From a virus: a stretch of 64,000 bases of DNA. The position numbers and the translations under genes are program-made. Shown here piece after piece: positions 28,597 to 38,980 of the stretch (position 1 is its first letter; each line of letters starts with the position of its first letter). The notes under the pieces are model-generated. The model did not search any database, was not told the DNA's origin, and worked only from the letters and a program-made list of their open reading frames with translations. The stretch covers positions 1-64,000 of the IMG/VR virus record IMGVR_UViG_3300031111_000008. One strand, 5' to 3'.

Positions 28597-31146
28597 ATGA
28601 GTTTTGATCTGGCTCAGGCGTATATCATGATCCGTGCCGACGGGTCTATGATGGTTCATGATTTCAATAAGGCCAAACCCGCCGCCGTTCGGAGTTCCAA
28701 AAAACTTGGAACCACGATGGGTCAGGTAATGAGCCGCGCCTTCGGGGCGGCTGGGGCGTTGGGTGTGGCATTGGCTTACATGAAGATAGCCAGCATGGGC
28801 GAGCAGTTTAACCGCAAAATGCGGAACTCTCTTGCCATTATGGGAGATGTCTCGTCTGCTTTGCGTGGAGACATGGCAAACGCGGCGATGGAAGCTGCCA
28901 ACGTTACTCAATTCTCCACTGCCGAAACTGCAAAATCATATTTCTATTTGGCATCTGCGGGTTTGTCTGCTGCCCAATCCGTAAAAGCCATGCCTGCGGT
29001 TGCTCAGTTTGCGCAGGCGGGCCTGTTTGATCTTTCGGAGGCCACTACCCTAGCGGCGGATGCGCAGGCTGCTTTGGGAATGAAGTCTAAGGATCCCCAG
29101 AAAAATATGGGAAACATGGTGAGAATTACGGACGTTCTTACCAAAGCTAATACCTTGGCCAACGCTTCTGTTCGTCAGTTTTCTCAATCTCTGACCACCA
29201 AAGCCGGTGCCGCCGCTAAGGTTGCTGGCATGCCTTTGGAAGAGGTCGTGGCTCTCCTGGCGGCCATGGCCGATCAGGGAATCAAAGCCCACGATGCCGG
29301 TACTGCCGTAAACATTGTCTTGAGAGATTTGAAAACGAAGGCGGTTGAGAATGCAGCGGCGTTCAAGGAATTGAATGTGGCTGTGTACAATTCGGATGGT
29401 TCCTTGAGGAACATTGCAGATATTATTGGAGACATCGAAAAAGCGATGGAAGGAGCGTCTGCTAGGGAGAAGAATTTGATTTTGAGCCATCTTGGATTTA
29501 TCGACAAGTCCAAGATTTTCATTCAATCCATCATCGGCACGTCTGAGAAGATTAGGGATTTTGAAAAAGCGTTGTATGATGCTGGGGGGACGACTAGAGA
29601 AGTAGCGGATAAGCAGTTGACTCCTTTGCAAAAATCAATGGCAAAAATAGGAGTTGCGTTTACACAGGTTGGCCAAGTACTCATGCGAATTGTTGAACCA
29701 ATGGCCACTGTATTAGGTGATAATATCCAAATGATGATAAAGTTGATGGTGGCTTTGAGAGCAGCAACCATGGCTTACAAGTTGGTTGGTCTAGCTATCA
29801 AGTATGCCAAGTTTGAACAGATCGCTTTTATGGCCGTCGAGGCGGCGACAACAGTTTATGCGTCTATTGCTTCTGGAAACATTCTATTGATGAGAAAAGC
29901 TCTCTTGCAGGTTGGAGCAGCCATCGCAGTGGGTACAACTGCCTACTTGGCTATGAACAAAGCTTTTGGAGAAGGCAATACGCAAATAAAAAAGGCAGGC
30001 GAAGCTTTTGAAGAAGGCAGTACGCAAATAGAAAAGGCAGGCTCGGCAGTAAACATGCTTACTGGAGAATATGAAGATCTAAACAAACAGATGAAAAGAA
30101 ACATCGAGTTGTCTAAAGAGAAGGCTTCCCTCGATAAAAATTTTAGGGCGTACCTTTTTGGACCTCGTCCAGACACTACTCCACGAGGTCTTGTTTCTCC
30201 TAAAGTTTTGCCAGAGGAAATCAAAGAATCGATGCGACGGGGCAGGGGACGGCGAAGAGAAGCCTTTAGCGATGATCGATCAAGATTGCCTGGTAGGGGT
30301 GGATTTATACCAAAAGGGGAAACTGGACCCGTAGGAAGACTCCCTTGGGAACTGGATCCCAAAACAATGGAAGCTGCTTACAAGGATCTAAAAGGAGTCA
30401 TGGAGGATATGAAGACGCCAACCCAAACTTTTTTGGAGTTACAGCAAAAGCTCAACGGCATCATACAAAGAAATCCAGGATTGGTGCAGAATGTCATCAA
30501 AGTTTGGAATCAAGCTAGATCTGAGTTGACGGGCTATAAGGATATGATGCAGGGCATGTCCCATGAGTACATCAAGATGTCAACAGGTATGGGGGATTAT
30601 GAATTTGAAGCTCGTCGGTTGATTGGTACATGGGGACATTTGCTTTCAGTGGGAGAAAAGTGGAGATTGTTACAAAGGGCTATCGCGCAAGATGCTTTCT
30701 TGGAAAAGAGGGAGGAAGAGGACGAAGCTGAGAGGGAAGCGGAGCAGAAGAAGAAGCAAGCGGAATCGGAAGCAGAAGCACTGGCTTCCAGGAAGGAGCA
30801 GTTTGCAAACACATTGAAGTCGGAAAGGGATCTTGTCATGGAGGATTTTGAAAAGATCAAGTATCTGCTGAGAGAGGGAATGATCTCCCCCGAGATGGCT
30901 CAACGGGGAGTTCAGGGTCTTGCAGAAAGAATGAAATCACAAGGCCCCCAAACAACAGAAATTTCTGGCAGGATGGGATATGCGGCTTTCGCAAATTCAA
31001 TCCAAGACGCCATTCTAAAAGACGATACGCCGAAAATGACGCTTGCAGAAGCTCGAAAACACACGACCACTCTTGGTAATTTAGAAACCTTAAATACTAG
31101 GATGTTGGAAGCATTGAATAATAGAGGCGGACTGCGTGAAGAATAA
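28597..31146 (+). CDS. tape measure protein (TP901 family)
   Basis: TQFSTAETAK..YLASAG, DVLTKANT, ADQGIKA..AGTA; long helical ORF after chaperones. Confidence 0.92.
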   Translation: MSFDLAQAYIMIRADGSMMVHDFNKAKPAAVRSSKKLGTTMGQVMSRAFGAAGALGVALAYMKIASMGEQFNRKMRNSLAIMGDVSSALRGDMANAAMEAANVTQFSTAETAKSYFYLASAGLSAAQSVKAMPAVAQFAQAGLFDLSEATTLAADAQAALGMKSKDPQKNMGNMVRITDVLTKANTLANASVRQFSQSLTTKAGAAAKVAGMPLEEVVALLAAMADQGIKAHDAGTAVNIVLRDLKTKAVENAAAFKELNVAVYNSDGSLRNIADIIGDIEKAMEGASAREKNLILSHLGFIDKSKIFIQSIIGTSEKIRDFEKALYDAGGTTREVADKQLTPLQKSMAKIGVAFTQVGQVLMRIVEPMATVLGDNIQMMIKLMVALRAATMAYKLVGLAIKYAKFEQIAFMAVEAATTVYASIASGNILLMRKALLQVGAAIAVGTTAYLAMNKAFGEGNTQIKKAGEAFEEGSTQIEKAGSAVNMLTGEYEDLNKQMKRNIELSKEKASLDKNFRAYLFGPRPDTTPRGLVSPKVLPEEIKESMRRGRGRRREAFSDDRSRLPGRGGFIPKGETGPVGRLPWELDPKTMEAAYKDLKGVMEDMKTPTQTFLELQQKLNGIIQRNPGLVQNVIKVWNQARSELTGYKDMMQGMSHEYIKMSTGMGDYEFEARRLIGTWGHLLSVGEKWRLLQRAIAQDAFLEKREEEDEAEREAEQKKKQAESEAEALASRKEQFANTLKSERDLVMEDFEKIKYLLREGMISPEMAQRGVQGLAERMKSQGPQTTEISGRMGYAAFANSIQDAILKDDTPKMTLAEARKHTTTLGNLETLNTRMLEALNNRGGLREE

Positions 31147-31161
31147 CAAGAAGGTACGATC

Positions 31162-32145
31162 ATGAGCGTAAATGAAGATCCAGCTTCGTGGAGACTCAAA
31201 ACTCCTGGGGGCATTCCTTTCAAACTCGTGAAGCAGAACGGCGAGTTCGGAGAAGAGGATTCCCAAGCCTCCATGGAAGTGATCATCGAGGCCCGAAGGC
31301 TTAGCGATTTTATCAATGAGGGATTTCCTTCTCCCTGTGTGATCGGATCGACCATTTACTACCCTCAGAGAAATTATTTTCCAGGCGCGCCGAGCTTGAC
31401 AGTTCGGAAAATCGCATGGGAGAATTTAACGGAAGGCAAGCCTTGCGATCCTTTCGACGCGGATTCGGAAGCTCCTGAAGGTACATACGGACAATTTTTG
31501 AAATGCACCGTTTCTTTTGGCACTTCTCCCTGGAACGATTCCGAGCCAGATTCTTCTGATCCGCTCACCTATCTGGAAGTAAGCTCCGTGGCTAGTGGGG
31601 AGTTTTTGGTTAGCGCCATTCGGGGAAGGCAGGATGCAACAATCAAACTTATTCCAGAATGGATTTTTCCTGCCCCCATTTCTGCTAGGTTGGAAAACAA
31701 GGATGTCGATATAGGACAGCCGATAAACCAGTCGATGGTTGAGCACAATCTTCGTTGGAGCCAAATTCCGTATAGCTATTTTAATGGTGTTCTTGCTACC
31801 ATTTTAAGGGAGTCAATGGGCAAGGTGAATTCTGATCCGATGTCCATTTTTAACGATGCTCCTGCTGAAACCATTATGTTTCTTGGCTACTCCCGAACAA
31901 ACCAGTATACTTGGAGAAGCGGACATTCGGGAACTTCTCCAATTGCTCTCGATCTGAAGTTCTTGGAAAAGAATTTTGAAGTCGACGATCCGATTGCCAC
32001 GGAAACCAGCATTCAAGTGACTCACAACCACGTGTATCGTCCGGGCGATTCGTGGAGAAGGTTGACCATAAGGAAGGAAGGGACTGCTGTGTATAATCCT
32101 TTGTACGTTTCTTACGACCTTAACACAATTTTTGAACTTGGATAA
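31162..32145 (+). CDS. tail tip / distal tail protein
   Basis: Directly after TMP; beta-rich. Confidence 0.6.
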   Translation: MSVNEDPASWRLKTPGGIPFKLVKQNGEFGEEDSQASMEVIIEARRLSDFINEGFPSPCVIGSTIYYPQRNYFPGAPSLTVRKIAWENLTEGKPCDPFDADSEAPEGTYGQFLKCTVSFGTSPWNDSEPDSSDPLTYLEVSSVASGEFLVSAIRGRQDATIKLIPEWIFPAPISARLENKDVDIGQPINQSMVEHNLRWSQIPYSYFNGVLATILRESMGKVNSDPMSIFNDAPAETIMFLGYSRTNQYTWRSGHSGTSPIALDLKFLEKNFEVDDPIATETSIQVTHNHVYRPGDSWRRLTIRKEGTAVYNPLYVSYDLNTIFELG

Positions 32146-32738
32146 TGAGCAGTAAATTCCCAGAACTCCGAAAAGGGCAGATGCCGTCTAGGCAGCATTT
32201 CAACCGAATCAATAATGCTGCCCAGCGGTTTACCAACATTTTTGACAGGAATGGAGATCTTGTTGGATATAGACTACCTCCATGGCATCAGCTTGTGTTG
32301 GAGGTTACTGAGGAGGGTGTTAATGGAGAAGACGATTGGTACTATGGAAAGATCATTTTGTATTCGTTTACGGATGACGAGTGGAAGGATGAGGAAACCC
32401 AAGAATGGTTGATTGATGTAGGAGCATTTGGAGATAACGAGGTTCTCATCACGGGGGATCGAGTAACTTGTTTTTGGGATAGGCAGAGGGGGGCTTTCAT
32501 ACCAACATATTGTCCTGATATTCGATGGGCAAAGCTGAATGAAGATCTTGTTGTAGGAGGTTCTGCTGGGGTTTCTATTTATAATGGTGGTCCCACCGTT
32601 TCAGATTTGACGGATACTGGTAGAGACATTACAGTAGGGGCTCCTCCTTTGCAAGACGATACGATAAGCAGTGGAGAGTGGGTGCTCATAGAAAAAATTG
32701 GCGGCTATTGGTGGGTAACGGGGGCACCTTGCGCATGA
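32145..32738 (+). CDS. tail tip-associated protein
   Basis: Coupled ORF. Confidence 0.6.
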   Translation: MSSKFPELRKGQMPSRQHFNRINNAAQRFTNIFDRNGDLVGYRLPPWHQLVLEVTEEGVNGEDDWYYGKIILYSFTDDEWKDEETQEWLIDVGAFGDNEVLITGDRVTCFWDRQRGAFIPTYCPDIRWAKLNEDLVVGGSAGVSIYNGGPTVSDLTDTGRDITVGAPPLQDDTISSGEWVLIEKIGGYWWVTGAPCA

Positions 32739-33271
32739 GCGTTGAATCGTGGGCCAGACGTACGAGCGGGCTGTTGGTTCCGGCGATGGGATTTGCCACG
32801 GCCCGCTGGCGGTGGCAGTGTTGGGGGTGCGGGTGTTCGTCCTACAAAGATTGCAACGACTGCTACACGGGCGGGGCGTGGCCCAGTACCCTCTGGCTCG
32901 ATGTTCCGGCCCCATCCAACGGCACGTGTAGCAACTGTTCATGGTACGGCCAGACATACGCGTTGTCCAAGATGTTTGACTGCTTCTACCAATTCCAGGC
33001 GTCTGGCAGCGGAGCCGGACCGTGTGGGCCTCTCTTGACCTACACGCCGACCTTGTCGATCTTCGGCGGGATGCAGATAGATGCCGGGCAATGCCAATTG
33101 GCGGTGATCATAGGCCTCGACGACGGCGTCATAGGAGGGCCAGGCTTTGAGGCCGAGTGGCGATTGAATCTAGATGGTCCCGTCTCGCAAATTAATCACA
33201 CCCTAACACTCTATGCCGCCAGCGGTGCTATTTGCGATTTCGTCGGCAGCACGGTGGACCTCTATGAGTGA
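32735..33271 (+). CDS. Cys-rich hypothetical protein
   Basis: ATGA coupling; CWGCGC, CNDC, CSNC. Confidence 0.65.
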   Translation: MSVESWARRTSGLLVPAMGFATARWRWQCWGCGCSSYKDCNDCYTGGAWPSTLWLDVPAPSNGTCSNCSWYGQTYALSKMFDCFYQFQASGSGAGPCGPLLTYTPTLSIFGGMQIDAGQCQLAVIIGLDDGVIGGPGFEAEWRLNLDGPVSQINHTLTLYAASGAICDFVGSTVDLYE

Positions 33272-33560
33272 CTGCCAGCCACAACCGACCGGCACGCCAG
33301 GTATCTTCCGCTGTCCAGTCTGCGGACTCCAGAATCCACGCCCGATCAAAAAACCGTTCGTTCATCAGTGCAAAAAATCTGAGCTGTTCTCAGAGCCGTG
33401 GTCCGACGAGGATGTTACATTCATTTTAGAAGTAGTATGCCCCTCTTGTCCTGAACAGAGGTATTCCAATAAACGCTGCCATTACAGATGCAAGAAGGGA
33501 ATTGAAATCACTTTGCTTGTAGGATCGATGCAAGGAGCTTGTCCGATTTATTGTTGGTAA
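33264..33560 (+). CDS. small Cys-rich protein
   Basis: CPVC, CPSC, terminal CPIYCW. Confidence 0.6.
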   Translation: MSDCQPQPTGTPGIFRCPVCGLQNPRPIKKPFVHQCKKSELFSEPWSDEDVTFILEVVCPSCPEQRYSNKRCHYRCKKGIEITLLVGSMQGACPIYCW

Positions 33561-33577
33561 AACCAAGGGAAAGCAAG

Positions 33578-34585
33578 ATGAGATCGTGCATTTATTTTGA
33601 AGAGATCCCAAATTCTGAAATTCATACCTGCTTCAAGTTCGATAGATGTAAGCTAAAGGACGGAGATGCAGATATTCCAAGCTGTAACAAATGTAAGCAA
33701 AAGCTTCTTCTGGACGATAAAGACTTTCTGAGCAAATGGGAAGATCCCGTCCGAATTCTGGATAGGAAGAAGAACCCTACGGACAGTCTCAGAAATCTAC
33801 TTGCTGGAACCCCCGCATTTCTGATTGGAGGTGGTCCTTCCTCCAACGATCTTCCTCTTGAAGAACTATCCCGGCGGGGTGTCTGGTCGATGGGGATCAA
33901 CAATGTGGCAGCCCATCCCAGAATCCGTCCACAGGCTTTTGTCTGCTCGGACCCGCCGATGAAGTTCTCCCATAGCATTTGGCTAGATCCCGGCATCATG
34001 AAGTTCGTTCCCATCCCTAAGCTAAGCCGGGGGTATCGAGGGAAGGTTCGCCAAAAGACAGAAGATGGCAGTTTTGTAACTCTCGACCAGAGAACCGAGG
34101 ATTGTCCCAATGTTTGGGCTTTCAAGCGGGAGAGCTGGTTTACTCCTACCAACGATTTCTTCCTCACAGACGGCGTGTGTTGGGGAAATCACAAATCTGG
34201 GGTTGCAAAAACGGGTAGGGAGAAGGTAGTATGTACGATGTTTCTGGGGATGAGGCTGTTGCGTTATTTGGGGTGCTCAAAGCTTTTTCTGTTGGGAGTG
34301 GATTTCCTAATGGCTGACGGCTATGGGTATTCCTTCAATCAGGCTAGGGATGCGGACGCTTGCAATTCCAACAACGAACACTATTTGGTAGTAAACAAAT
34401 GGCTTTGTGAGATGCAGGCGGCGGGAGTCTTTGAACGGTTTGGAATGCCCGTTTATAACTGCTTTGAGAGATCGGGACTGAGGGCTTTTCCGTACGTACC
34501 TTTCGATGAGGCCGTCGATGAGTGTTGCGGAATCGTGGAAAGGGAACCCAACATTTCCCGATTTTACGAGAAAGTGGACAAATGA
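33578..34585 (+). CDS. Maf/DUF115-like (sialyltransferase-fold) glycosyltransferase
   Basis: AFLIGGGPSS, GINN, P.AFVCSD, YLGCSKLFLLGVDF, VYNC. Confidence 0.7.
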   Translation: MRSCIYFEEIPNSEIHTCFKFDRCKLKDGDADIPSCNKCKQKLLLDDKDFLSKWEDPVRILDRKKNPTDSLRNLLAGTPAFLIGGGPSSNDLPLEELSRRGVWSMGINNVAAHPRIRPQAFVCSDPPMKFSHSIWLDPGIMKFVPIPKLSRGYRGKVRQKTEDGSFVTLDQRTEDCPNVWAFKRESWFTPTNDFFLTDGVCWGNHKSGVAKTGREKVVCTMFLGMRLLRYLGCSKLFLLGVDFLMADGYGYSFNQARDADACNSNNEHYLVVNKWLCEMQAAGVFERFGMPVYNCFERSGLRAFPYVPFDEAVDECCGIVEREPNISRFYEKVDK

Positions 34586-34597
34586 GGAGAGTCCGAA

Positions 34598-34987
34598 ATG
34601 AAAACCGCCAAGTGGGAAGATAAGGTTTGGGGACGTGTTATGCACGTCTTTTCTTTTTGTAATGCTGCTGTCAGCTATTTGGAAGTGAAGAAGGGTTATG
34701 AGTGCAGCATTCATTATCACAAAAAGCGGGTAAACCATTTTGCTGTCATCAAGGGGAAGATTCGGATAGAAGAGTGGTTGTCAGAAGATCTTCTAGGAAA
34801 AGCAGATTGCATAACAGAGTTGAATGAAGGAGATACCTACTCAGTTCCAATCTGCGTGAAACACCGATTTCAAGTATTGGAAAGTGGCATTGTCGTTGAG
34901 TATTACGGTCCACACCATCCTAGCTATGATGTAAGTTTAGACGACATTGTTCGGCAGGATGAAGGTGGGAAGATGGAGGGGTTTTGA
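34598..34987 (+). CDS. cupin-fold sugar isomerase-like protein
   Basis: KVWG, CSIHYH, GD...VP...HRF, DD.VR. Confidence 0.8.
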   Translation: MKTAKWEDKVWGRVMHVFSFCNAAVSYLEVKKGYECSIHYHKKRVNHFAVIKGKIRIEEWLSEDLLGKADCITELNEGDTYSVPICVKHRFQVLESGIVVEYYGPHHPSYDVSLDDIVRQDEGGKMEGF

Positions 34988-35532
34988 TGCGTCGACATAC
35001 TCGCAGATTGGTTAAAATATTGACTCACTGTGGAATTGTTCCTTCCAAAGGCGCAGAGATTGGTGTTTTTATGGGGAATAATGCGGTCGGTTTGTTGGAT
35101 ACTTTTCCAGATTTGCATTTAGTTCTCGTCGACAGCTACGAACTTGAGCAGCGCGGGGCTACTGTCGAAGATGTTCAGATAGTTCGCCGGATGAAACGGG
35201 TGCAGAAGAAAGCCAAAGTTCGTTTTATCGAATATGAGGACAGGATTCTTTGGAAGTACAAGCCCAGCGTAGAAGCTGCTAAGGAGATCGAGAACGAGTC
35301 GCTTGACTACGTCTTTATCGATGCTGAGCATACCTATGAAGCCGTCTCAGCAGACATCGAAGCTTGGTTGCCGAAGATCAGAAAGGATGGTAGAGGATTG
35401 ATCTCGGGGCACGATTACGTTCTTCCGAAGTACCAGGGGTTAGTCCGAGCCGTCCACGAAAGGTTTGGTGAACGAGTGAAAAACATCCGAGATGTTTGGT
35501 ACATCAATCTGGACGAGTTTGACAAATGCTAA
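34987..35532 (+). CDS. class I SAM methyltransferase (Methyltransf_24-like)
   Basis: AEIGVFMG, VDSY, DYVFIDAEHTYE, GHDY. Confidence 0.88.
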   Translation: MRRHTRRLVKILTHCGIVPSKGAEIGVFMGNNAVGLLDTFPDLHLVLVDSYELEQRGATVEDVQIVRRMKRVQKKAKVRFIEYEDRILWKYKPSVEAAKEIENESLDYVFIDAEHTYEAVSADIEAWLPKIRKDGRGLISGHDYVLPKYQGLVRAVHERFGERVKNIRDVWYINLDEFDKC

Positions 35533-35669
35533 AGGTGAGATCGGGAGGTTTGATTATTGGGTATGACTACACCCCTACCTACCGTGGGCTCAAACGCGCT
35601 GTGAGAGAAGAATTCGGAATTGTCAACGCCAATGGGGATGTTTGGTTTACGCAGAAATTAGGAAACTGA
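35526..35669 (+). pseudogene. C-terminal fragment of a Methyltransf_24-like gene
   Basis: Translates KVRSGGLIIGYDY...GLKRAVRE.FG...DVW, matching the ends of neighbouring MTases. Confidence 0.7.
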
Positions 35670-35670
35670 A

Positions 35671-36462
35671 ATGAACTTTACAACAGTCTGCGGTTTGGAT
35701 CGTAGACATCTGGAACAGCTTAGTCTAGTCTGGCCGACATGGAAGAAGAACAAGCCAGACATTCTCAAGAACCCAATGCTTGTTTTCTATGATTATGAAC
35801 AAGTGAGCCATGAGCAAGTTCAAGAGGTTTTGGATCATCCAAATCTGGAGATCCGTTACTGGCCAAGATGGAAAATTTTTTACGGTATAGGTGACGGCAG
35901 TAAGTGGGCAGAACCTCAGCGAGTGAAGATGCTAACGGGTTTTGTCTACATCTCAGGGCTGTTTGTAAAAACCAAATACTGGTTGAAGCTGGATACAGAC
36001 GTAATCGCCCGTGATCAGCCAGATTGGATAAATCCAGACTGGTTCAAGAACGATCCTGCTATTGTTTGTCCTCCGTGGGGTTTTACTCGTCCTCCTGAGC
36101 AAATGCTTTTCATGGACGATTGGGTAGAGCAGAACAAGAACAGGTTTCCTTTCCAAGAGATTGCTGGAAAGCCGCCTCTGGATCTTCATCCAGACCAAGG
36201 TGAGGATCGTGTGAAGCATAAGAGGATTTGCAGTTGGTGTGGCTTCTTCAAATCTTCTTTGTCTAGGACATGCTTTCAGCTGGCGCAGGCTGGGTGTGGG
36301 CCAGGATTCCTACCGATCAATTCTCAGGATGGGTATATGTGGTATGTAGCGAAGAGGCTTGGTTTGGGAATCGAGCGTGTCAGGATGAAGAATTTGGGTT
36401 GGGAGACTTGGAGTAATAGGGGGAATCTCGTGAAAAATACAATGGAGATTATGAATGCCTAG
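35671..36462 (+). CDS. GT-A glycosyltransferase-like protein
   Basis: YWLKLDTD DxD motif; SQDG. Confidence 0.7.
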   Translation: MNFTTVCGLDRRHLEQLSLVWPTWKKNKPDILKNPMLVFYDYEQVSHEQVQEVLDHPNLEIRYWPRWKIFYGIGDGSKWAEPQRVKMLTGFVYISGLFVKTKYWLKLDTDVIARDQPDWINPDWFKNDPAIVCPPWGFTRPPEQMLFMDDWVEQNKNRFPFQEIAGKPPLDLHPDQGEDRVKHKRICSWCGFFKSSLSRTCFQLAQAGCGPGFLPINSQDGYMWYVAKRLGLGIERVRMKNLGWETWSNRGNLVKNTMEIMNA

Positions 36463-37144
36463 CAGATTGATGAGAAGATCTGGTACTTCTGCCGTCCACA
36501 TGAGCAAGCTGATTGGTTGGAGACCAAAGACGGTGATTCAAGCTGGTATTGGTTTGAATTGGGAAGAGGTTGATTGTTTTATGGAGCAATGGCCCGACAT
36601 CCATTTTGAAGGATTTGAACCCAATCCGTTGTTGATTCGGAAATTGAAGAAGGCTAACTATCCAGGCAACTACTATCCCTACGCCATTGGGGATGCTAAA
36701 GGGATTGGAGAACTGCGGTATCGACGGAGACACAAAGATGGTTCGTCCCTGAACGATATTGGAGACAAGGAGGATGAACCCACCAAAACTGCTTCGGTGG
36801 AAATCGTGACCTTGGACGAGTTCTTTGCGGGCACAGTTTTTGAGCAGCCAATTCTTCTATGGTTGGATTGCGAAGGGTATGAACTGAAAGCTTTGCGCGG
36901 AGCCGAAGCTTTTCTTGAAGGCGTGGGCATGATCAATGTTGAGATGACAGGAAATCCCAATGGGGAGGGTTGGTGCAAACCTTGGGAAGTGCATCGGTTC
37001 ATTGTCGATCACGGTTTTGTTCTCCAATACATCCACACGTTTCGTAACCACCAAGGGCAGTACGACGGGCTGTACGTACGTCCTTGCATGTTCCATCTCG
37101 AATACAGCTGTTCTCCTTGCAGATGCAAAGATTGTGGGAGCTAG
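36455..37144 (+). CDS. FkbM family methyltransferase
   Basis: GFEPNP, YAIG, VTLD, LWLDCEGYELKALRG. Confidence 0.88.
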   Translation: MPSRLMRRSGTSAVHMSKLIGWRPKTVIQAGIGLNWEEVDCFMEQWPDIHFEGFEPNPLLIRKLKKANYPGNYYPYAIGDAKGIGELRYRRRHKDGSSLNDIGDKEDEPTKTASVEIVTLDEFFAGTVFEQPILLWLDCEGYELKALRGAEAFLEGVGMINVEMTGNPNGEGWCKPWEVHRFIVDHGFVLQYIHTFRNHQGQYDGLYVRPCMFHLEYSCSPCRCKDCGS

Positions 37145-37145
37145 A

Positions 37146-37718
37146 ATGAGAAAAAAGAAAAAGAAGATTCTTCACCATGAAGTAATCATCAAGTTCCTTC
37201 AGCGGGAAGGTTTTAAGGATGGAGACTTTGTGGGTTGTGAGGTTGGAGTGTTTACATCCAGAACTTCTGTAAATCTACTGGAAGCTTTTCCCAAACTGTT
37301 TCTGTACATGGTAGATCCTTGGGATTCTAATAATACCGAAGGATCTTTGAAAGTTCACCGCACCAAAAGGTTTATGGATACTATTTGCGAAGAGGCTTAC
37401 CAAAAGACCAAGTTTGCAAGAAGCAGGCGAGAGATTATGAGGATGGTAAGTGTAGCAGCTTCGCGGGTTGTTGACGACGAATCTTTGGATTTTGTCTTCG
37501 TGGATGCTGGACATTTTTACAAGCAGACAAAGTCCGACTTGGAAGCTTGGTGGCCAAAAGTAAAGAGTGGTGGTTTTCTCATAGGGCATGATTACAACGG
37601 ACGCATGGAGAAGAATGGAATCTGGGGAGTGAAGAAGGCTGCTGATGAGTTCGCTAAGAAAAATGGAGTGGAGATAGAACTGCACGAAGCGTTGATCTTT
37701 ACCACCAAGAAACCATAA
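37146..37718 (+). CDS. class I SAM methyltransferase (Methyltransf_24-like)
   Basis: CEVGV, VDPW, DFVFVDAGH, GGFLIGHDY. Confidence 0.88.
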   Translation: MRKKKKKILHHEVIIKFLQREGFKDGDFVGCEVGVFTSRTSVNLLEAFPKLFLYMVDPWDSNNTEGSLKVHRTKRFMDTICEEAYQKTKFARSRREIMRMVSVAASRVVDDESLDFVFVDAGHFYKQTKSDLEAWWPKVKSGGFLIGHDYNGRMEKNGIWGVKKAADEFAKKNGVEIELHEALIFTTKKP

Positions 37719-37720
37719 TT

Positions 37721-38635
37721 TTGAGTGTTCCAATGAGATCCCGAGTAGTTTATCTGATGAGCGGTAGTCCGCACTTGCCCTATCTTGTCTGTTCCCTTTG
37801 GACGCTGAGAAAACATTGGGAGGGTAAGCTGACTATCTGTGCTTGGCCCGAGGCTTATGATCTGACGTTACGAATTGCCCAAGACGAAAGACTAGCGGTC
37901 TCGGACGTGCGGGAGAGGGATCCGCAGTTTACAGAACGGAACGGTAGTTGTGTAAATCATTCTCTTGATAAGATCAGGATGATTCAAGAGATGAAGGACA
38001 AAACGGATGTTGTGATGTACATCGATGCTGATACTACAATCCATTACACCATTCAACCCCTGCTGGACATTGGTTTTCAGTATGGTTTTGTGGCTACTCA
38101 GTTCAATGATTGGTTATCCACGGGAAACAAAGCCAGAGGACGCCTGAAGAAGTTTCTAGGCATAGAGGGCATAGATCAGTCAATCGTGCAGTTGATGATG
38201 AGGGAACCTTGGCCTAGCGTCAACAGTGGTGTGTTTGTTGCCCGTCCAGGCTCTCCCGTGCTGGAAACCTACTACAACTATACATACGCAGCCAGGAAGG
38301 TTTTCATTGCTGACGAGACGGCTTTGAATCTCATGCAACCGTTGTACCGTCCTCTGCGGCAATTGGTTACAGTAGGGGATAATGGCAAATGGAACTGCTC
38401 TCCGAAGTTCCAATCCAAAAAGCTTGCCGATGAAGACATTGCAGTACTCCACTTCCACGGCGATTCCTGCGTTCGTCCAGAAAAGAAGAGTCAGAGAGGT
38501 TTTGATTTGTGGTGGCCGATCTATCAAGAGTGCCTCCGAGAAAATGTGGGAGGGATGGCAGAATGGAAAGACTCGATCAGAACCAAATATCTAGGTCCGC
38601 TTGAAAAGCAGTTGGCGGAAGAAGCTTCTGAGTAG
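37721..38635 (+). CDS. GT-A glycosyltransferase (GT8-like)
   Basis: SL.TLR, K, YIDADT, NSGV, DE.ALN, WN, HFHG. Confidence 0.8.
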   Translation: MSVPMRSRVVYLMSGSPHLPYLVCSLWTLRKHWEGKLTICAWPEAYDLTLRIAQDERLAVSDVRERDPQFTERNGSCVNHSLDKIRMIQEMKDKTDVVMYIDADTTIHYTIQPLLDIGFQYGFVATQFNDWLSTGNKARGRLKKFLGIEGIDQSIVQLMMREPWPSVNSGVFVARPGSPVLETYYNYTYAARKVFIADETALNLMQPLYRPLRQLVTVGDNGKWNCSPKFQSKKLADEDIAVLHFHGDSCVRPEKKSQRGFDLWWPIYQECLRENVGGMAEWKDSIRTKYLGPLEKQLAEEASE

Positions 38636-38642
38636 AATTTAT

Positions 38643-38980
38643 ATGCCCAAGCCGACGATTGATCAGAGTGAGCACGATTTCCAGTTCACCAAACGCTGGT
38701 TTCGTACGTCGCAAGAGAAAATCGTTTTGGTGTGGGTAGAGGTTCTGTTGATCTGATCATGGTGGATGGACATCACAAAAGCTTTGCTGTCGCTGAGGAT
38801 GCTAGGATTAGTTTACGGCTGCTGCGGCAGGGAGGATGGTTGCTGTTTGACGATGTTGAAAACATGCGAAAAAAGAAGGATCATGTAAAGCAAGGAATAG
38901 AATTGTTTTTGTCCAAACATAGTTGCAGGGTAAAACTACTCTGGAAACATCATTTTATGGAGGCATATCAAAAGCTATGA
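38643..38980 (+). pseudogene. internally deleted and frameshifted Methyltransf_24-like gene
   Basis: N-terminus MPKP...FTKRWF joined out of frame to VDLIMVDGHH...GGWLLFDD; SAM motif I missing. Confidence 0.65.
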
